Shown here: in pieces, positions 60,104 to 64,000 of the stretch
How the letters are laid out: each line of letters starts with the position of its first letter
Numbering within the stretch: position 1 is the first letter of the stretch
NCBI GenBank assembly: GCA_964016885.1
Contig: OZ024759.1
Coordinates: 7,750,001-7,814,000 of the forward strand
Reading direction: 5' to 3'
Source: Eledone cirrhosa
Taxonomy: Eukaryota
Length of the DNA stretch: 64,000 nt
Program-made: the position numbers and the translations under genes
The notes under the pieces: model-generated
What the model saw: the letters and a program-made list of their open reading frames with translations, nothing else
Databases searched by the model: none
Told to the model about the DNA's origin: nothing

Positions 60104-60607
60104 TCTCCCTGCGTACGAAAGGCCGGTTGTATGATGCCTGTGTGAGGAGCGCGATGCTGCATGGTAGTGAGACATGGGCAGCAACCGCAGAGGATATGCG
60201 ACGGCTGGAGAGAAATGAGGCAAACATGCTCCGTTGGATGTGCAGTGTAAATGTGCGTGAACGACCCAGCATAAATGTGTTGAGAGAGAAACTGTGTCTG
60301 AGAGGGATAGAATGTAGTGTACGGGAGAGGAGACTGAGGTGGTATGGACATGTGATGCGCATGGAGGATGACCGATGGGTGAAGAAGTGCCAGGAAATGC
60401 CAGTTGAAGGAAGACGTGGTAGAGGTAGACCACGAAAAACATGGGCGGAGGTGGTGAGAACAGACCTCAGATCATTGAAGCTCACGGTGGAGATGACGAG
60501 GGACCGTGACGAGTGGAGAGATGCTGTGCTGAATAAGACCCGTCCCACCCTTGCAAGCAGGGAAAAGCGGACGTAAAATGATGATGATGATGATGATGAT
60601 GATGATG
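60104..60607 (+). mobile_element. RTE family B 3' portion
   Basis: [20 protein letters not shown]...GRPRKTW...; (GAT)n tail. Confidence 0.93.
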
Positions 60608-60631
60608 TATATATATATATATGTATGTATA

Positions 60632-61150
60632 TCTATATATATAAAACTGATATTGTCTGTGTGTGTGTGTCCTCATTTTTGCAAAGTCTATACAAATCCA
60701 CATTTCTACTCCAATTGACTTCAAACTTGCATTTATATATTCCATTCGGTCTAGCTCTGACAGTGAGGTCACTGATTCGTAAGTTATGTAGGGAAGTAGA
60801 TTCTGTTCCTGGGAAGGCTTTCGTGTTTACAACCATCCATCTATCTCATCCTCTGATAAGGATAAAATCTATCTGACTAGAATTCTCCCCTGATCTATAG
60901 GTGATCAGAGGTTGTCGGGTTTTTGCAGTTTGTGTTACATATCGACATTGGCATCACAGAATTCTAGAAGCCTGAAAATTTCTTCATTTTTTGTGCTAAA
61001 CCCGTAGCCTCTATGGAGAGAGAAAGATTTAAACTATATAGTGACATACTCCGGGCGCTAAATAACCTGTATATCAAATTTGAACAAAATCTGATGGAAA
61101 CTGGAAATGCATGACCTGCGTACAGAGGGTTAGACATTTTTGTTATTATA
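60632..61150. mobile_element. Possible Helitron-like non-autonomous sequence
   Basis: TCTATATATATAAAA...gtctgtgtgtgtg start; the other end resembles a similar 5' end in reverse. Confidence 0.35.
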
Positions 61151-61165
61151 TATATATATATATAT

Positions 61166-61593
61166 ATTTAAATAATTTTAAAAGCCATACAATACATTAG
61201 AAAATTAAAGGTGCCAAGATAACGATAGAATCTTACCTTAGCAAATTTAATTATCCCAAATATTTTCAGGGAGTTTCCTCGTGAAGGTCTTAAATGATCA
61301 GTTGGAGATAATTTAAATCTGCCTTCCTAACAACTCATCTCCAACTGATCCTTCTGCCTTCCTAACAACAACTTACCTCTGATTGATCCTTTAAGACTTT
61401 CACAGGAATACTCCCTTGATAATGGGTTTTTAAACCTGAAAATATTTGGGATTATTAAATTTACTAAGGTAAGATTTTATTGTTATGTTGGCAACTTTAA
61501 TTTCCTAATGCATTGTAAGGCTTTTAAAATTATTTAAATTTATATTTATATTTCCTATTCAACAATGTTTCAAGGAAACTACAACACTGTGTT
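61166..61593 (+). mobile_element. Fold-back PLE-like pLTR element
   Basis: Imperfect inverted arms about 61166-61300 and 61383-61539, plus a unique tail; (TA)n flanks; hammerhead in the right arm. Confidence 0.6.
61410..61453 (+). ncRNA. Minimal type I hammerhead motif, U3-A8 variant with one extra core nucleotide
   Basis: TCCC-TTGATAA-T-GGGTTT(TT)AAACCT-GAAA-ATAT-TT-GGGA; palindromic AATATT helix III. Confidence 0.55.
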
Positions 61594-61605
61594 ATATATA
61601 TATAT

Positions 61606-62046
61606 CATCATCATCGTTTAATGTCCATCTTCTACGCTAGCATGGGTTAGACGGGTTTGTTCCACTTGATGCGGCATTGGTCAGGTGACTGTCTTGCTTG
61701 TACAGAACTGTCCCTGGCAGGTTTTCTACGGCTGGATGCCCTTCCTAACACCAACCACATTTACAGTGTGGACTGGGAGCCTTTTTGTAGTGACACCGAC
61801 ACAATCACTTTACAGTGTATCGGGTGCTTTTTGTTGTGTCATCGACACAATCACTTTACAGTTGACGGAAATGGGAGGATGGGGTAGGGTGTGTGAGGTG
61901 GGGTGTACATTTGGTTAAGAGGTGCTTACTGACTGTAGGTTTGTATGTAAGGGAAGGCGGGTCTTCTGTACAACTGCATGGCACCAAAGATCTCAATCCA
62001 GTGACATTGTCGAGGTGTAGGTGAGCAAGGTCTTATCACCTCGTCC
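61606..62046 (-). mobile_element. RTE family A-related 3' UTR, diverged
   Basis: Similar to 37732-38240. Confidence 0.82.
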
Positions 62047-62217
62047 TATATAATACCCAATTCATATAACCAGAACATTCTCCAGAAATTTTTTTTTTTC
62101 TAAAAAATGAAAAAAAATAATGGTATATAAAAATTTGTGGGTTGGTGGATTTTAAAATTAAATTTAATTAAATTTAATTAAATTTAATTTAGTACTAATA
62201 ACCTATTTCTATTTCAG

Positions 62218-62344
62218 ATCATCACAAGGCGTGACCCTTCCAGAATGTGGAAAATATGCCACAGGTCTCATATTTATGGATGACTCCGATGGACAAAAAG
62301 CCCAGCAGATATTTGCTGCAATGGTGCAAGATTTTGGACTTCAG
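62218..62344 (+). CDS. GLT1: Glutamate synthase coding exon 3 (gene continues beyond the window)
   Basis: Branch-like TACTAAT at 62193 and tttcag| acceptor. Phase 2 completes CA|A = Gln, then SSQGVTLPECGKYATGLIFMDDSDGQKAQQIFAAMVQDFGLQ (LP..G.YA.G..F motif). Donor CAG|GTAAAC. Confidence 0.9.
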
Positions 62345-62949
62345 GTAAACATTCTCTTTTTCATATACTAGAATTTTTATCCATATGATAATGCATGTGT
62401 GTATATGTGTGTGTGTGCATATGTGTATATGTGCATATGCATACATTTATATGTATGAGTATATAAATATATATGTGTGCGTGTGTGGGTGCGTCTGTAT
62501 GTATGTGTGTGTGTGCGTATGTGTATGTATGTGTGTGTGTGCGTATGTGTATGTGCATATGCATACATTTATATGTATGAGTATATAAATATATGTGTGT
62601 GGGTGCGTCTGTGTATGTATGTGTGTGCGTATGTGTATGTGCATATGCATACATTTATATGTATGAGTATATACATATATATGTGTGTGTGTGTGTGGGT
62701 GCGTCTGTGTATGTATGTGTGTGTGTGCGTATGTGTATATGTGCATATGCATACATTTATATGTATGAGTATATAAATATAAATGTGCAAACACAGCCAC
62801 ACTTCCCCTTCCCTCCTTATACACACACATACATTCACGCAGGCAACAGATGTAAAGAGAGGGGAGTAGTATGAGGTGTGACAGAATTGCAGACATTTAT
62901 ATATAGATGCTTCATTGCATTTTAATTGAAGCAGCATCATTATCATTAT

Positions 62950-63590
62950 TGTCACCACCACCAACACCACCACCAACACCACCATCCCCAACACCTCCAC
63001 CATCAACACCACCAACACCACCACCAACACCACCACCAACACCACCACCAACACCACCACCAACACCACCGCCAACACCACCCTCAACACCACCACCATC
63101 AACACCACCAACACTACCACCAACACTACCACCAACACCACCACCAACACCACCATCAACACCACCATCAACACCATCAACACCACCATCAACACCACCA
63201 CCAACAACACCACCATCAACACCACCAACACCACCACCAACACCACCAACACTACCACCAACACTACCACCAACACCACCACCAACACCACCATCAACAC
63301 CACCATCAACACCATCAACACCACCATCCCCAACACCTCCACCATCAACACCACCAACACCACCATCAACACCACCACCAACACCACCACCAACACCACC
63401 ATCAACACCACCATCCCCAACACCTCCACCAACACTACCATGAACACCACCATCAACACTACCATCAACACCATTACCAACACCACCATCACCAACACCA
63501 CCATCAACACCACCACCACCACCACCAACACCACCACCAACACCACCATCAACACCACCAACAACACCACCAACACCACCATTGTCACCA
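62950..63590. repeat. (CAC/CAA)n trinucleotide tract
   Basis: Direct inspection. Confidence 0.95.
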
Positions 63591-63694
63591 TGGAACAGGT
63601 TAGACAAGACAGAGAGAGAACCTCATCTTGTCCATATTTGGCTTGGCTGCTATTGGTAACAAGAGCTGGATGAGTTGTCACGGATGTTGTTGAT

Positions 63695-64000
63695 GACTTA
63701 ACCAGAGCTACTGATCTCTCAGACAGGCCTTGCTGGGTGGGGTCTATTTCTACAGATCTTGTCAGTGACTTAACCAGCGCTACTGATCTCTCAGACAGGC
63801 CTTACTGGGTGGGGTCTATTTCTACAGATCTTGTCAGTGACTTAACCAGAGCTACTGATCTCTCAGACAGGCCTTGCTGGGTGGGGTCTATTTCTACAGA
63901 TCTTGTCAGTGACTTAACTAGAGCTACTGATCTTTCAGTCAACTCCGCAGTGGTGGGGTCTATTTCTACAGATCTTGTCAGTGACTTAACTAGAGCTACT
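63695..64000. repeat. 72-bp tandem array (at least 4 copies; runs off the window)
   Basis: Period 72 (63695 to 63767); unit GACTTAACCAGAGCTACTGATCTCTCAGACAGGCCTTGCTGGGTGGGGTCTATTTCTACAGATCTTGTCAGT. Confidence 0.92.

Noticed and set aside
63695-64000. Hammerhead in the 72-bp satellite (CTGAGAG / CTGACAA ... GAAA on -)
   Set aside because: The core violates the 3-8 pair or A9, and the stems do not form.

Overview
Eukaryotic, extremely microsatellite- and retroelement-rich animal DNA. It is most likely an octopod cephalopod, inferred from the SINE families, the (GAT)n-tailed RTE LINEs and the huge (TA)n tracts. The one clear host gene is the 5' end of a glutamate synthase (GOGAT, GLT1/gltB-type) on the + strand: three phase-compatible coding exons at 37515-37622, 40715-40845 and 62218-62344, with a 21.4-kb second intron. 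The rest is RTE, CR1-like and R4-like LINE fragments, tRNA-derived SINEs, a hAT MITE, Helitron-like repeats, Penelope-like elements (PLEs), nine tandem arrays (mostly grown from internal pieces of TEs) and simple repeats. Most long ORFs in the track are translations of repeats. The most striking hidden signal is a set of type I hammerhead ribozyme motifs that can be folded by eye: 3886 (+), 8498 (-)/8684 (+), 20291 (-, decayed), 50883 (-)/52831 (+) and 61410 (+). They sit in fold-back PLE-type elements embedded in (TA)n. They have palindromic helix III, some carry a compensatory U3-A8 core, and two lie on the sense strand inside the GOGAT intron. Also notable: an RTE C-terminus with three C2H2 fingers, a PHD-like finger inside an RTE RT, and a 9-mer higher-order repeat in a LINE-derived satellite.
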